64,000 nucleotides of DNA from Longimicrobiales bacterium. Lineage in GTDB: Bacteria; Gemmatimonadota; Gemmatimonadetes; Longimicrobiales; Gaopeijiaceae. Where the stretch lies: assembly GCA_965238005.1 (NCBI GenBank), contig OZ250165.1:160001-224000 (forward strand), in the 5' to 3' direction. The position numbers and the translations under genes were made by a program. The notes under the pieces are model-generated. The model saw only the letters and a program-made list of their open reading frames with translations, did not search any database and was not told the DNA's origin. Of the stretch, positions 1-9,655 are shown in pieces (the stretch's first letter is position 1; each line of letters begins with the position of its first letter).

Positions 1-809
1 TCGGTGCGCGCCAGCGCCTTGAGACCGTACCGGATCAGCGTGCGGTTCTCGTGATCCAATGGCACCACGTCGGCGATGGTGGCCACGGCCACCAGGTCCA
101 GGGATCCGTGCAGCTCCTCGCGATCGAGGCCCCGCTCATCCGCCAGTAGCTCGCAGAGCCGGTAGGCGACACCCGCCCCGCAGAGACCCTTGTTGGGGTA
201 CGGACAGTCGGCTCGGTTCGGGTTGACGACGGCGAGCGCGGGAGGAAGGGTCTCCGCCGGGGTGTGGTGATCGGTAACGATCACGTCGATACCCGCGGCG
301 TTCGCCTCGGCCACGGCCCCGTGGGCCCGGATCCCCGAGTCTACGGTGACGATGACGGCCGCTCCCGCCGTCCGGGCCGCTTCGACGCCCGCAGGACCCA
401 GATCGTAGCCATCCCAGACACGGTGGGGGACGAAGGGCACGGCGGCTCCCCCCATCCTCCGGATCCACCGTGTCAACAAGGCGGTGCCGGACACCCCATC
501 GACGTCGTAGTCACCGTGGACCAGGATGGTCTCCCCACGGTCGATGGCTTCGAGGATCCGCCCGACGGCCTCCTTGCTACCGGCGAGGAGAGCGGCCGGA
601 TGCAGGTCGGACAGGAGGGGTCGCAGGAAGCCCTTGGCCTGCTCGGGGTCGGTTAGGCCGCGCTGCACCAGGAGCACACAGAGCGGCTCGGGAATCGAAA
701 GCGCCTCTGCGAGGAGCCGTACCGCTTCTCGAGGGACGGACGCCGGCTCTTGCCACACGGGGACGAGCACCGGCAGCGCCGGCTGGGAGGCTGCGCCCGC
801 ACCGTCCAC
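1..809 (-). CDS. recJ: Single-stranded-DNA-specific exonuclease RecJ (5' part; continues beyond window start)
   Basis: Manual minus-strand translation gives ILVHGDYDVDGVSG, VTDHH and LDLVAVATIADVVPLDHENR (DHH-family RecJ motifs). Start codon uncertain; GTG at 809 chosen. Confidence 0.93.
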   Translation of the reverse strand, partial: MDGAGAASQPALPVLVPVWQEPASVPREAVRLLAEALSIPEPLCVLLVQRGLTDPEQAKGFLRPLLSDLHPAALLAGSKEAVGRILEAIDRGETILVHGDYDVDGVSGTALLTRWIRRMGGAAVPFVPHRVWDGYDLGPAGVEAARTAGAAVIVTVDSGIRAHGAVAEANAAGIDVIVTDHHTPAETLPPALAVVNPNRADCPYPNKGLCGAGVAYRLCELLADERGLDREELHGSLDLVAVATIADVVPLDHENRTLIRYGLKALART

Positions 810-835
810 GTCAGGAATGCCGGGGAGGCCGTCGC

Positions 836-2158
836 CTATGCGTCGGCGGCTCCCTCCGTGGGCTCTTCTTCAGGTTCGTCGACCCCGGCAAGGCCCTCGA
901 GCTCTTCTTCCGCCTGATGCTCCGAAGCCTCGGCCACGGGCTCTGCGGTTCCGATGTCGAGCTCGGCATCCGTTTCATCAGCCGCCTCCGCCAGGTCTTC
1001 TACCGCCGACTCTACGGCGGTGTACTCTTCTTCTTCTTCTTCTTCTTCTTCTTCTTCTTCTTCTTCTTCTTCTTCTTCTTCTTCTTCTTCTTCTTCTTCT
1101 TCCGCTTCCGCGACCTCGGCTTCCGAAACTTCGGCTTCCGCGACCTCGGCCTCCGAAGCTTCGGCTTCCACCTGGGCCTCGGCCCTTCCGTCCGCTTCGG
1201 GCTCGGCAACCGAGACGTCCTGCACGATACCGACGTCTCCGGCCAGCTCGGCCTCGTCGTCGGCGACTTCCACCGCGAGGTCTTCGGCGGCCTCTACCGT
1301 GAGCTCCGCCTCGACTTCCGCCTCCGTCCCCGCCTCGGCCTCTTCCTGCGCCTCCGTGGCGGCTCGCTCGGCCTCCCTGGCCTCTTCGGAGGCTCGGAGT
1401 GCCTCCTCGATACGGGCGGCCTCTTGCTGTGCCTTGGCGATCCCCTCCTCGGACTCCGGCGTGAGGATCACCCCGCACGCCTCGCACCGGATGACCTCGG
1501 TGGCGTGCCGGATCTCGTTCTGGATCTGGAGCGGAATCACGCTGAAGCAGTTGCCGCAGGCTCCGTCATGTGTGAGCTCCGCCACGGCCACGTCTCGGGT
1601 GCCCGCCATGATGCTATCGTAGATACGGCGCTCTTCGAGGTCGATGCCGGCGGCGAACTCGTCTCTCTTGGCCTGCAGCTCCTGCAGCCGCGCCTCGGCG
1701 GCTTCCTTTTTGTCGAGCAGCTCGCGGCGTCGGGGCTCCACCTCGGCCAGCGCCTCCTGGTGTGCCGCCTCTTGCTCGCCCATGCGCTCTTCCATCCGTC
1801 GGAGCTGATCCAAAAGACTCAGAGCTTCCTGCTCGTCATTCTCGAGAGCCCGCCGAACCATTTCCAGCTCGGCATGCACCGCAGCCTCTTCTCTCACGTT
1901 CCGGACGGCGTTCATCCGCTCCTGGAGCTTCGTCGACCGCACGCGACGCTCCTCTATGGACAACTCCAGCCTGTTCTCCTCGAGCGTCACCTCCTGCAGC
2001 CGGGCCTGTAGGGCCTTCAGCTCTTTCTCGAGACGATGGACCGGCTCCCCGACCTCTTCGAGCTTGGCGTCGAATGTCCCCACAACGGACTCGATGGAGG
2101 CGATCTCCTGGTCCAGCTCTTGGAGCTCTTTCAGTGATGAATGTGTCTGAGGTGTCAT
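836..2158 (-). CDS. C4-type zinc-ribbon coiled-coil protein (CT398/HP0958-like) with long acidic C-terminal tail
   Basis: N-terminal LKELQELD coiled coil; CGNC...CEAC zinc ribbon; about 200-aa Glu/Ala-rich tail containing 26 consecutive Glu. Confidence 0.88.
   Translation of the reverse strand: MTPQTHSSLKELQELDQEIASIESVVGTFDAKLEEVGEPVHRLEKELKALQARLQEVTLEENRLELSIEERRVRSTKLQERMNAVRNVREEAAVHAELEMVRRALENDEQEALSLLDQLRRMEERMGEQEAAHQEALAEVEPRRRELLDKKEAAEARLQELQAKRDEFAAGIDLEERRIYDSIMAGTRDVAVAELTHDGACGNCFSVIPLQIQNEIRHATEVIRCEACGVILTPESEEGIAKAQQEAARIEEALRASEEAREAERAATEAQEEAEAGTEAEVEAELTVEAAEDLAVEVADDEAELAGDVGIVQDVSVAEPEADGRAEAQVEAEASEAEVAEAEVSEAEVAEAEEEEEEEEEEEEEEEEEEEEEEEEEEYTAVESAVEDLAEAADETDAELDIGTAEPVAEASEHQAEEELEGLAGVDEPEEEPTEGAADA
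1028..1102 (-). repeat. Perfect trinucleotide microsatellite (GAA)25, in frame, encoding poly-Glu
   Basis: 25 uninterrupted TTC units on the + strand at 1028-1102; adjacent imperfect 30-bp tandem duplication at about 1105-1169. Confidence 0.97.
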
Positions 2159-2178
2159 GAGTGCTCTTGTATATATGC

Positions 2179-2586
2179 CTAGCTGTTGCTCTTCAGGGTC
2201 CTACGAGCAGCGGACGACCAATCGAGTCCAAGCTCGCGGCGCTGCTCACCGAGGCGGGCCTTGTCGGCCAGGAGCTCGGTACGTCGCTCCGGGTCTGTCG
2301 TATTGTGCATGAGACGATCGACTTCGTCGAGCCTCTCCTGCAACGCCATGCCCTGGATCTTGCTCAGCGACTCTTCGAAAACCCGTCGCGCCTGGCGGAG
2401 TTCCTTCGGATCGGCCAGCAACTCCTCCAGTGTCTGCGTGGCGGCGGGTGACAGCCCGGGGGGCGCGTGCATCAGCCCCGGATCGGCAAGGAGCGCCTCG
2501 TAAGCGCCTCGATACCCCAGGTCCACGAAGTCGTCGGGACTGAGGTGCTCCCCCACCCGCTCGATCCAATCCCGATCCTTGGTCAT
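2179..2586 (-). CDS. C-terminal portion of DNA primase (probable helicase-binding region), out of frame with dnaG
   Basis: Helical ORF; the same frame read upstream gives ...ELLLLMTKDRDWI, continuing DnaG across a frameshift near 2601-2611; its ATG overlaps the dnaG TGA (ATGA). Confidence 0.7.
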   Translation of the reverse strand: MTKDRDWIERVGEHLSPDDFVDLGYRGAYEALLADPGLMHAPPGLSPAATQTLEELLADPKELRQARRVFEESLSKIQGMALQERLDEVDRLMHNTTDPERRTELLADKARLGEQRRELGLDWSSAARRTLKSNS

Positions 2587-3977
2587 GAGCAGCAGCAGCT
2601 CGCGCGCGGGCCCATGGGTGGAACCGTCGGCGCGACAATCCGCCTCGGCGTCGGCCGGCGCGCGGGAGGTGGAGAGCCCGCAGGCGGAGCGCCTCTCGCC
2701 AACTCCTCCTGAAGGGTCTCGCGGCGTACCCCCGTGCGATCGGAGACCTTCGAAACGTAGATGTCCCGGAGAGCCGGATCCTGAACCGCCCGCAAGGTCG
2801 GCAGGAGGCGGTCGATGGCGTTCCGGATCCGCTCGATTCCCGAGAAGTGGTCCCGCTCCTCCAGGATCTGGAGCTTGCGGTCGAGGACGTCGACGGCTTG
2901 GTCGAGGCGCCCCTGCAGCCCCTCAGCTCCCTCCTTGTGAACCACCGTGTCGGGGTCCTCCCCCGGAGGAAGCGTGACGACGGAGGGATGGAGTCCTGCG
3001 GCCAACAGCACGTCCCCGGCCCTGAAGGTGGCCTTGAGACCCGCGGAGTCGCTGTCGAAGAGGAGGTGGACCCGCGTGGTGTAGCGGCGAAGCAGCGCCA
3101 CCTGCTCGGGAGTCAGAGCGGTGCCGAGTGGCGCCACGGCATTCTCGAATCCGGCGGCGGCCAGCGACACGGCGTCCATGTAGCCCTCCACCAGCAGAGC
3201 CGCTTCTTCGCGGCGGATGGCGTTCTTCGCCCAGCTCAGCCCGTAGAGCACGTCGCCCTTGTGGTATATGGGCGATTCCGGGGAGTTCACGTACTTGGGC
3301 GCCCCCTCCCTGCCGGAGTCGAGGACGCGGCCCCCGAAGCCCAGGACCTTGCCGCCCACGTTCTCGATGGAGAAGGTGATCCTGCCCCTGAAGCGGTCGT
3401 AGGGCTCCTGGCTCTTCTCGCTCTGGGTCAGGAGACCCACCTCGAGGAGCGTCTCGTCGCCGATCCCGTGATGGGCCGCGGCCTCGCGTAGCCATCGCCA
3501 TTCGTCCGGGGCGAATCCCAGGGAGAAGCGCTCGGCGGTGTCCCGGTCGATACCTCGCTGCCCCAGATAGGCTCGAGCCTCCCGTCCCAGCTTCTCATCC
3601 CACAGCGAGTCGTGGAAGAACATCCGGGCAAAGGCATTCGCATCGTAGAGATGGCGGAACGGATCTTCTTCTTGATGGCCTCTCTTCACCTCACGGATCT
3701 CCACACCCGCCCGCTGGGCCGCATGCTTCACGGCGTCCACGAAGTCCAGGCCCAGGCGCTTCATCAGGAACGAAAAGACGTCCCCCGACTCGTCGCATCC
3801 GAAGCACTTGTAGAACCCCTTGGCCGGGACGACGTAGAAGCTGGGGGTCTTCTCTTCGTGGAACGGGCAACAGGCCTTGTAGTCCTTGCCGGACCTCTTC
3901 AGGGGAACGATCTCGCCGATGATCTCGACGATGTCCGCCCTGGCCCGGACTTCCTCGACCTGGTCGTCGGGGATCAC
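2583..3977 (-). CDS. dnaG: DNA primase DnaG (ZBD + TOPRIM; C-terminus frameshifted)
   Basis: CPFHEEKTPSF...CFGC zinc finger, YDRFRGRI, KYVNSPE, VEGYMD, FDSDSAG, DPD motifs. Confidence 0.95.
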   Translation of the reverse strand: MIPDDQVEEVRARADIVEIIGEIVPLKRSGKDYKACCPFHEEKTPSFYVVPAKGFYKCFGCDESGDVFSFLMKRLGLDFVDAVKHAAQRAGVEIREVKRGHQEEDPFRHLYDANAFARMFFHDSLWDEKLGREARAYLGQRGIDRDTAERFSLGFAPDEWRWLREAAAHHGIGDETLLEVGLLTQSEKSQEPYDRFRGRITFSIENVGGKVLGFGGRVLDSGREGAPKYVNSPESPIYHKGDVLYGLSWAKNAIRREEAALLVEGYMDAVSLAAAGFENAVAPLGTALTPEQVALLRRYTTRVHLLFDSDSAGLKATFRAGDVLLAAGLHPSVVTLPPGEDPDTVVHKEGAEGLQGRLDQAVDVLDRKLQILEERDHFSGIERIRNAIDRLLPTLRAVQDPALRDIYVSKVSDRTGVRRETLQEELARGAPPAGSPPPARRPTPRRIVAPTVPPMGPRASCCCS

Positions 3978-6331
3978 TTGAAGCTCACCACAGTGACGCC
4001 GGCTCCGCCTTCAGTACGCCCACCAAGGCGGAAGTCCGAGACCCGACCGTCACTCTCCAGAATCTCCGTCACACGAGACCGCACCGCTCCCGTCCCCTTG
4101 CCGTGTATGATTCTGAGCTCCGGAAGGTCGTTCAGGATGGCTTCGTCCATGGCCTGGAAGAGCTCTTGCTCCACCTCGTCGACCCGGAAGCCACGGAGAT
4201 CCACCTCCGTCCGGACGGGACCCGCAGGAGCGTTCAAGGACACCGACGCCAAACGCCGGTCGCGCTGAGTCTCCGAGCTCCCCAGGAGCTCGAGGTTGGA
4301 CAGGGGCACCTTCATCCGGATGCCGGACGCGTCGATGACGGCGCGGTCGTCCCTGACCTCCACCACCACCCCCTTGGGGCCTCCGTCGAGCACCCTCACC
4401 CTGTCTCCCGACGTCACAGCGAAGGGGCCGGACGAGCCCAGCTCGCCGGGCCGCAACTCGCGCTGACGCCGCGCGGCGTTCTCGACCTTGCGGCGGGCCT
4501 TCCGCGCCACCTCCTGGAGGTCCTCAGTGGCCCTGGCCTCCTTGACCTCGCGGATGGCGTCCTCCACCTCCACCCGCGCCTCCATGAGCAGCTGCCGGGC
4601 CTCGCCCCGGGCCTTCCGCTCCGCCTCGCGCTCCTCTTTACGAAGATCGGACTCACGGGCTTCGAGCTCGGCTCGGAGGCGCTCCGCCACGCTCTGCTCT
4701 CGCTCCAGCGAAGCGACCAGCTCCCGGGCCTCCTTGTCCTTTCGCTCCAAACGCTCGAGAAGGTCCTCGATGGACGACTCACCGCCCGACATGTTCTCGT
4801 CGGCCCGATCCAGGAGGGAAGGCGGAAGGCCCAGCCGGCGGGCGATGGCGAGGCCATAGCTGCGGCCCGGCCGGCCCTTCACCAGCTCATAAGTGGGCTC
4901 CATGCGATCCGGATCGAACTGCAGCGACGCGTTGACGATCCCGCTCCCCTCGGTGTCGAGTCGCTTGAGGGCTCCCAGATGAGAGGTGACGATGGCCATG
5001 GCACCACGCTGCACCAGATGCCCGAGCAGCGCTATGGAGAGGGCAGCGCCTTCGGTGGGATCCGTCCCCGTCCCCATCTCGTCCAACAGCACGAGAGAAC
5101 CCCGGTCCGCCTGCTCCGCCACCTCCTTCCAGTTCGCCAGGTGGGCCGAGAACGTCGACAAGCTCTCCGCGATGGACTGCTCGTCTCCGATGTCGGCGAA
5201 GAAAGAGTGGAAGATCGGCAGGCGAGTGCCTTCGTCCACGGGCGGGATGACGCCGCTCTGTGCCAGGGCCGCGATGAGACCTACCGCCTTCAGGAAGACA
5301 CTCTTGCCACCGGTGTTGGGCCCGGAGACCACGAGCACGTGCTCTCCCGGATCGAGCGTAAGGTGGAACGGCACGACCTCGCCGTCGGAGGTGGAGAGGA
5401 GTAGGGGATGCCTTCCTCGGACCAGCACCAACCGCTGGCCGTCCTCCGTGAACGCCGGCGGAACCGCCCCCCATTGCTGGGCGGCTCGGGCCCTCGAGTA
5501 CAAGGAGTCGAACTCCACGAGCGCGTCGAGGCTGCCGGTGAGGGCGTCCCGGCTCGGACGGAGAAGCTGGGTGACTTCCGTGAGAACCCGATGGACCTCA
5601 CGGGCCTCCTCCCGCTCGAGGCCCCTCAGCTCGTTGGTGAGGGCCAGAGCCACGGGTGGCTCGACGAACAGGGTAGCGCCCGTGTGTGACTCGTCGTGGA
5701 CGATCCCGCCCACTTCCTTCTTCCCCTCCCGGCGGATAGGGATTACGTACCGACCCTCCCGGACGCCGATGGACGCGTCGGCGACCGTGTACCGCTCGGG
5801 CAGATCGCGGACGAAGGCTTCTAGCTTCCGGACGATCTTCGAGTGGGCGCTCCGAAGCCGGCTGCGGATCTTCTTCAGCTCGGAGCTGGCGGTATCCAAC
5901 ACCTCGCCGGAAGCGTCGACGGTCTTTTCGACGCGGGCGACCGTCGGCGGGTCGGTATGGAGCCGATCTCCCAGGAAACCGAGCTCTGGAAAGGCTTCCC
6001 GGTGGGCGGCCAACGGAAGAGCGAGCTCCCCGGACGACGCCAGTAGTACTCCCAGCCCGTGAAGCTCCAGGCCTTCGAGCACGGCCCCATCCACCCCCAA
6101 GCGCGCGAGGGCTTCGGCACAAGCGGGCATCGTGGGCGGTGCCCACGGAGAAAGGGATTCGATGAACGCTCCGGTCTCAGCGACACGGCCGAGCTCGAGT
6201 TCCAGCCACTCCCGATCCGTGCGCGGCCGCAGCGAGAGGACCGCCTCTTTTCCGGCTTCGGAGGACGCGTAGCCCGCCACCAGCTCCAGAGCCTGCGGAA
6301 AGTCCAGAACGGAGAGGGCATGCTCGCTCAT
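3974..6331 (-). CDS. mutS2: Endonuclease MutS2
   Basis: SGPNTGGKS Walker A, SLSTFSAH, DEMGTGTDP, C-terminal Smr domain (DLRG...IIHGKGTG). Start set at MSEHAL; ATG at 6346 is an alternative. Confidence 0.95.
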   Translation of the reverse strand: MSEHALSVLDFPQALELVAGYASSEAGKEAVLSLRPRTDREWLELELGRVAETGAFIESLSPWAPPTMPACAEALARLGVDGAVLEGLELHGLGVLLASSGELALPLAAHREAFPELGFLGDRLHTDPPTVARVEKTVDASGEVLDTASSELKKIRSRLRSAHSKIVRKLEAFVRDLPERYTVADASIGVREGRYVIPIRREGKKEVGGIVHDESHTGATLFVEPPVALALTNELRGLEREEAREVHRVLTEVTQLLRPSRDALTGSLDALVEFDSLYSRARAAQQWGAVPPAFTEDGQRLVLVRGRHPLLLSTSDGEVVPFHLTLDPGEHVLVVSGPNTGGKSVFLKAVGLIAALAQSGVIPPVDEGTRLPIFHSFFADIGDEQSIAESLSTFSAHLANWKEVAEQADRGSLVLLDEMGTGTDPTEGAALSIALLGHLVQRGAMAIVTSHLGALKRLDTEGSGIVNASLQFDPDRMEPTYELVKGRPGRSYGLAIARRLGLPPSLLDRADENMSGGESSIEDLLERLERKDKEARELVASLEREQSVAERLRAELEARESDLRKEEREAERKARGEARQLLMEARVEVEDAIREVKEARATEDLQEVARKARRKVENAARRQRELRPGELGSSGPFAVTSGDRVRVLDGGPKGVVVEVRDDRAVIDASGIRMKVPLSNLELLGSSETQRDRRLASVSLNAPAGPVRTEVDLRGFRVDEVEQELFQAMDEAILNDLPELRIIHGKGTGAVRSRVTEILESDGRVSDFRLGGRTEGGAGVTVVSFK

Positions 6332-6377
6332 CCCGTCTGACCCCATGTTGTCGGCCCCCGGGGGAGCGGCCTGCCTC

Positions 6378-6815
6378 TCACCCCAGCTCCTCCCGAACGA
6401 TGCGGTTGGCCTCCTTGCCGTTGAAGCGTGCCCGGATCCGAGGCATGATCTGCCCCATGAGGGCACCCATCTGGTCGGCTCCTCCGGCGATGGCACTCTG
6501 CACCATCGCTCGCACCTCCGCCTCGGTGAGTGGTGGTGGGAGATAGACCTGAAGAATCTCGGCCTCGGCGTCTTCCTTGTCGGCCAGCTCGGGACGACCG
6601 CCGGCTCTCATCTGCTCGGAAGAGTCATGGCGCTGCTTGATGGCCCTGGTGACGACGGCCTGAACACCCTCGTCGTTCAGCTCACCCTGCTCCTCGATCT
6701 CGCGGTTCCTGACCTCCGACAAGAGCGTCGTAAGCACCACGGTTCGGAGCCGATCCCGAGCCTTTCGGGCTTCGATTAGGTCACTCTGGACATGTTGTTT
6801 GAGATCCGTCGACAT
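6378..6815 (-). CDS. GatB/YqeY domain protein
   Basis: LIEARKARD...KQRHDSSEQMRAGGRPELADKE...YLPPPL...MGALMG, typical of YqeY. Confidence 0.92.
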   Translation of the reverse strand: MSTDLKQHVQSDLIEARKARDRLRTVVLTTLLSEVRNREIEEQGELNDEGVQAVVTRAIKQRHDSSEQMRAGGRPELADKEDAEAEILQVYLPPPLTEAEVRAMVQSAIAGGADQMGALMGQIMPRIRARFNGKEANRIVREELG

Positions 6816-6958
6816 GGGGCTGAAGCTACCCGAACCTCCAAAGGGGGTCAACGCGATCCCCATCCGGGAAACTCGTGTCCCTTCTAGCTATTCGGCTGCC
6901 CCGAAGCCTATGCTAATGATTTGATGTCGGCCGGATCCATCGCACGACGGGAGGCCCC

Positions 6959-7369
6959 GTGAAGACCACTTCAGAGCACGCCCAGGAGATTCTCTGGCGC
7001 TCCTCATCTCCGGCGCTGCCCCTGGCCAGCCTGGTCGAAGCCCTGAAGCGGGAAACCGTCACGACGACGGGTGGCACGGAATCCGTGCTCCGCGAGCTCA
7101 GGACCCGCCCGGACCTCTTTCGGGTGCTGGACCCGCGCGTCGGGCCCTGGCGCAGCCGTGGGGCGATGTATGCGGAAGTCCGGGCGTGGACCCCCGACCT
7201 CTCGGTCCTCGGCCTCCGCCCGCGCCCCAGACCCTCCTCTCCGGTCCGGGCTCGACTGGCCGAGACCCTGCGCTCACTGGGACGCCGCGTGGATCAGGGC
7301 TCGGCTACGGCTACGGCCCGTTGGCTGCTCCTCATGGAGAGGGAGTCCACCGCCTTCACCGACTCCTAG
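6959..7369 (+). CDS. Hypothetical protein
   Basis: 136-aa ORF filling the gap between yqeY and prmA; GGAGG RBS before the GTG start; convergent overlap with the prmA stop. Confidence 0.65.
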   Translation: MKTTSEHAQEILWRSSSPALPLASLVEALKRETVTTTGGTESVLRELRTRPDLFRVLDPRVGPWRSRGAMYAEVRAWTPDLSVLGLRPRPRPSSPVRARLAETLRSLGRRVDQGSATATARWLLLMERESTAFTDS

Positions 7370-8294
7370 AGGCCTGTAAGGCCCGAGACCCGAACGCCAG
7401 TGTGAACAAGCCGGATCGCCACTCACCGTCGGTGTCGATCGCCTCCAGCGAGAAGCCGGCCTCGGCCACCGAGCCGGCCAGCGAAGACCACTCCTCGGCC
7501 AGAATGCCGCTCAGTATCATCCACCCGCCCTCCTCGAGAGCCTTTGCGAAGCTCCCCAGGAGGGGCACCAGCACTCCCATCTGGATGTTGGCCAGAATCC
7601 CACCGAAGGATCCTTGTTCGACGATCCAGTCGGGGCTCACGGCAGCGGTCTCGACGGCGACCCGGTCCGAGACCTCGTTTCTGGCGACGTTCTCCCGGGC
7701 TGCGCCTGTGGCGTCCGCATCCGAGTCCACTGCCAGCACGCGGGCCACGCCCAGCCGAGCCGCCGCGATGGCCAGTATCGCCGATCCGCATCCGGCGTCC
7801 AGGAGAGTTTCGCCGGGAGAGCGCGCGCGATCCAGCAGCCTCAGGGCGCCTCGGGTCGTTCCGTGCTCGGCGGTGCCGAAGGCCATCCCAGGGTCGATGA
7901 CCACCACCACGGCGTGCTCTCCAGCCATCTCGTCCGCCTCGCCCTCGCACCAGCTCGGGGTCACGATGAGCCGATCCGTGAGCTTCCGGGGCCCGAGGCC
8001 CTGCCTCCAGAGAGACGCCCAGTCCTCGTGCGCCTGCCAGGACCAGCTCAACTGCAGGTTCTCGAGGCCTGTGGCCTCTTCGAGCGTTGTCAGCACGCGA
8101 AGGAAAAAGTCCTCCGGCTCGTCCGGAGGTGGAAGATGGGTGACGAACTCTCCGTTCCGCTCCTCCACCGCCCGTCCACCCAGGGACAGCATCGGGTCGA
8201 CCAGGAGGTCGGAAGCCAGGGGAGAGTCGGAGCGGACGGACAAGACGAACCAGCGCTCCGGAACGGAGCCGGAGGAGTCCGGCGGGTCGCTCAC
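7356..8294 (-). CDS. prmA: Ribosomal protein L11 methyltransferase
   Basis: [39 protein letters not shown] start overlaps the dnaJ stop (GTGA). Confidence 0.95.
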   Translation of the reverse strand: MSDPPDSSGSVPERWFVLSVRSDSPLASDLLVDPMLSLGGRAVEERNGEFVTHLPPPDEPEDFFLRVLTTLEEATGLENLQLSWSWQAHEDWASLWRQGLGPRKLTDRLIVTPSWCEGEADEMAGEHAVVVVIDPGMAFGTAEHGTTRGALRLLDRARSPGETLLDAGCGSAILAIAAARLGVARVLAVDSDADATGAARENVARNEVSDRVAVETAAVSPDWIVEQGSFGGILANIQMGVLVPLLGSFAKALEEGGWMILSGILAEEWSSLAGSVAEAGFSLEAIDTDGEWRSGLFTLAFGSRALQASRSR

Positions 8295-9451
8295 GGCTGT
8301 GTGAACGCCTCCTTCACGCGGGACCACAGGCTCCTTGGGGACTCTCCCTCGATCTGCTCGGGAGCGGGATCCTCCACGTCATGGAGTGCCTGGAGCACCT
8401 CTTCCTGCTCCACAGTCAGACGGTCCGGCGTCCACACCACTATGCGTACGAGCTGGTCCCCCCTGCCCCGGCCGTTGAGCTCGGGGAGCCCACGTCCGCG
8501 AAGCCGCAGCACCTCCCCACTCTGGATTCCGGGCGGAATCGTGAGCCGCACAGTGCCCTCCACCGTGGGGACCTCCATCTCGGCCCCCAGGGCCGCCTGT
8601 GAAAAGGTGACCGGCAGCTCGTAGCGGAGATGGGGACCGTCCCTGACGAAGGGGGTGTCCTCCTCCACCTCGAGGAGGACGATGATGTCTCCCTGGAGGC
8701 CGCCCCTGGGCCCCACATTGCCCTCGCTCCGGAGGGTGAGGAAATTTTCGGACGTCACGCCGGCCGGGATCTCCACCTCGATCTCCCGTTGGGTGCGAGC
8801 CCGTCCGTCGCCGTTGCACTTGGCACACGGCTTTTCGATCACGCGACCCTCGCCACCGCACGTCCGGCACGGCGCCACGCTGACGAACTGCCCGAATACG
8901 GAGCGCTGGACGTGCCGCTCCTCACCCGATCCAGCGCACGTCGAGCAGGTCACCGGCCCCGACCCCGCGGCCGCCCCGCTTCCACCGCAACGATCACAGG
9001 CGCCCAGCACCGCCACGCCGAGGGTCTTGGTGACTCCCGTTGCAACCTCGAGCAATGTCAGCGGAACCTTCACCTTGATCGTCTGGCCCTTGCGAGACGC
9101 CCGCGACGGGCCCCGCTGCCGCCCACCGAAGAGGTCTTCCAACCCGCCGAAGCCACCGAAGTCCCGCATGAAGATCTCGACGGCATCGGCGAAGTCGAAA
9201 TTGCCGAAGCCCCCGGCCCCGCCGACACCTCGCTTCAGGCCCTGCTCCCCGTAGCGGTCGTAGACGGAGCGCTTCTCCGAGTCACGGAGAACCTCGTATG
9301 CCTCCGTCACTTCCTTGAAGCGCTCCTCCGTATCTTTGGAGCCCTGGTTCCGATCCGGATGATACTTGAGGGCGAGCTTGCGATACGCCCTCTTGATGTC
9401 ATCGGTGCTGGCGTTCCGGGGAACGTCCAGCAGGTCGTAGTAGTCGGCCAT
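8291..9451 (-). CDS. dnaJ: Chaperone DnaJ
   Basis: J domain with HPD, G/F region, four CxxCxGxG repeats; start at MADYYDLL. Confidence 0.97.
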   Translation of the reverse strand: MADYYDLLDVPRNASTDDIKRAYRKLALKYHPDRNQGSKDTEERFKEVTEAYEVLRDSEKRSVYDRYGEQGLKRGVGGAGGFGNFDFADAVEIFMRDFGGFGGLEDLFGGRQRGPSRASRKGQTIKVKVPLTLLEVATGVTKTLGVAVLGACDRCGGSGAAAGSGPVTCSTCAGSGEERHVQRSVFGQFVSVAPCRTCGGEGRVIEKPCAKCNGDGRARTQREIEVEIPAGVTSENFLTLRSEGNVGPRGGLQGDIIVLLEVEEDTPFVRDGPHLRYELPVTFSQAALGAEMEVPTVEGTVRLTIPPGIQSGEVLRLRGRGLPELNGRGRGDQLVRIVVWTPDRLTVEQEEVLQALHDVEDPAPEQIEGESPRSLWSRVKEAFTQP

Positions 9452-9471
9452 TACCTCGTGCAGGCTCCGCC

Positions 9472-9655
9472 TAGTGTTCCGTTTCCGAAGTTCGCGAGTC
9501 ACCAAAAGGGTCAGGGCGCCGTGGGATCGAGGCGGGAGGACGCGGCGTAGCGCAAGCGGGCACCGCGCGAAGCGTGGTCGCAAGGAGTCCCAGCACCGAG
9601 CCCACGGATGCACCGTGCCCTCGACTGGCCGAGACACTTTGGTGACGGGACACTA
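9472..9655. mobile_element. MITE-like repeat family A, full-length copy A1 (184 bp)
   Basis: Imperfect TIRs TAGTGTTCCGTTTCCGAAG...CTTTGGTGACGGGACACTA; closely similar to 15931-16114; right end contains the hrcA TAG stop. Confidence 0.85.

Noticed and set aside
470..2011. Long plus-strand ORFs with poly-Phe, poly-Leu or poly-Ser (and minus-strand poly-Arg/poly-Lys ORFs)
   Set aside because: Alternative readings of the (GAA)25 tract and antisense shadows of the Zn-ribbon gene.
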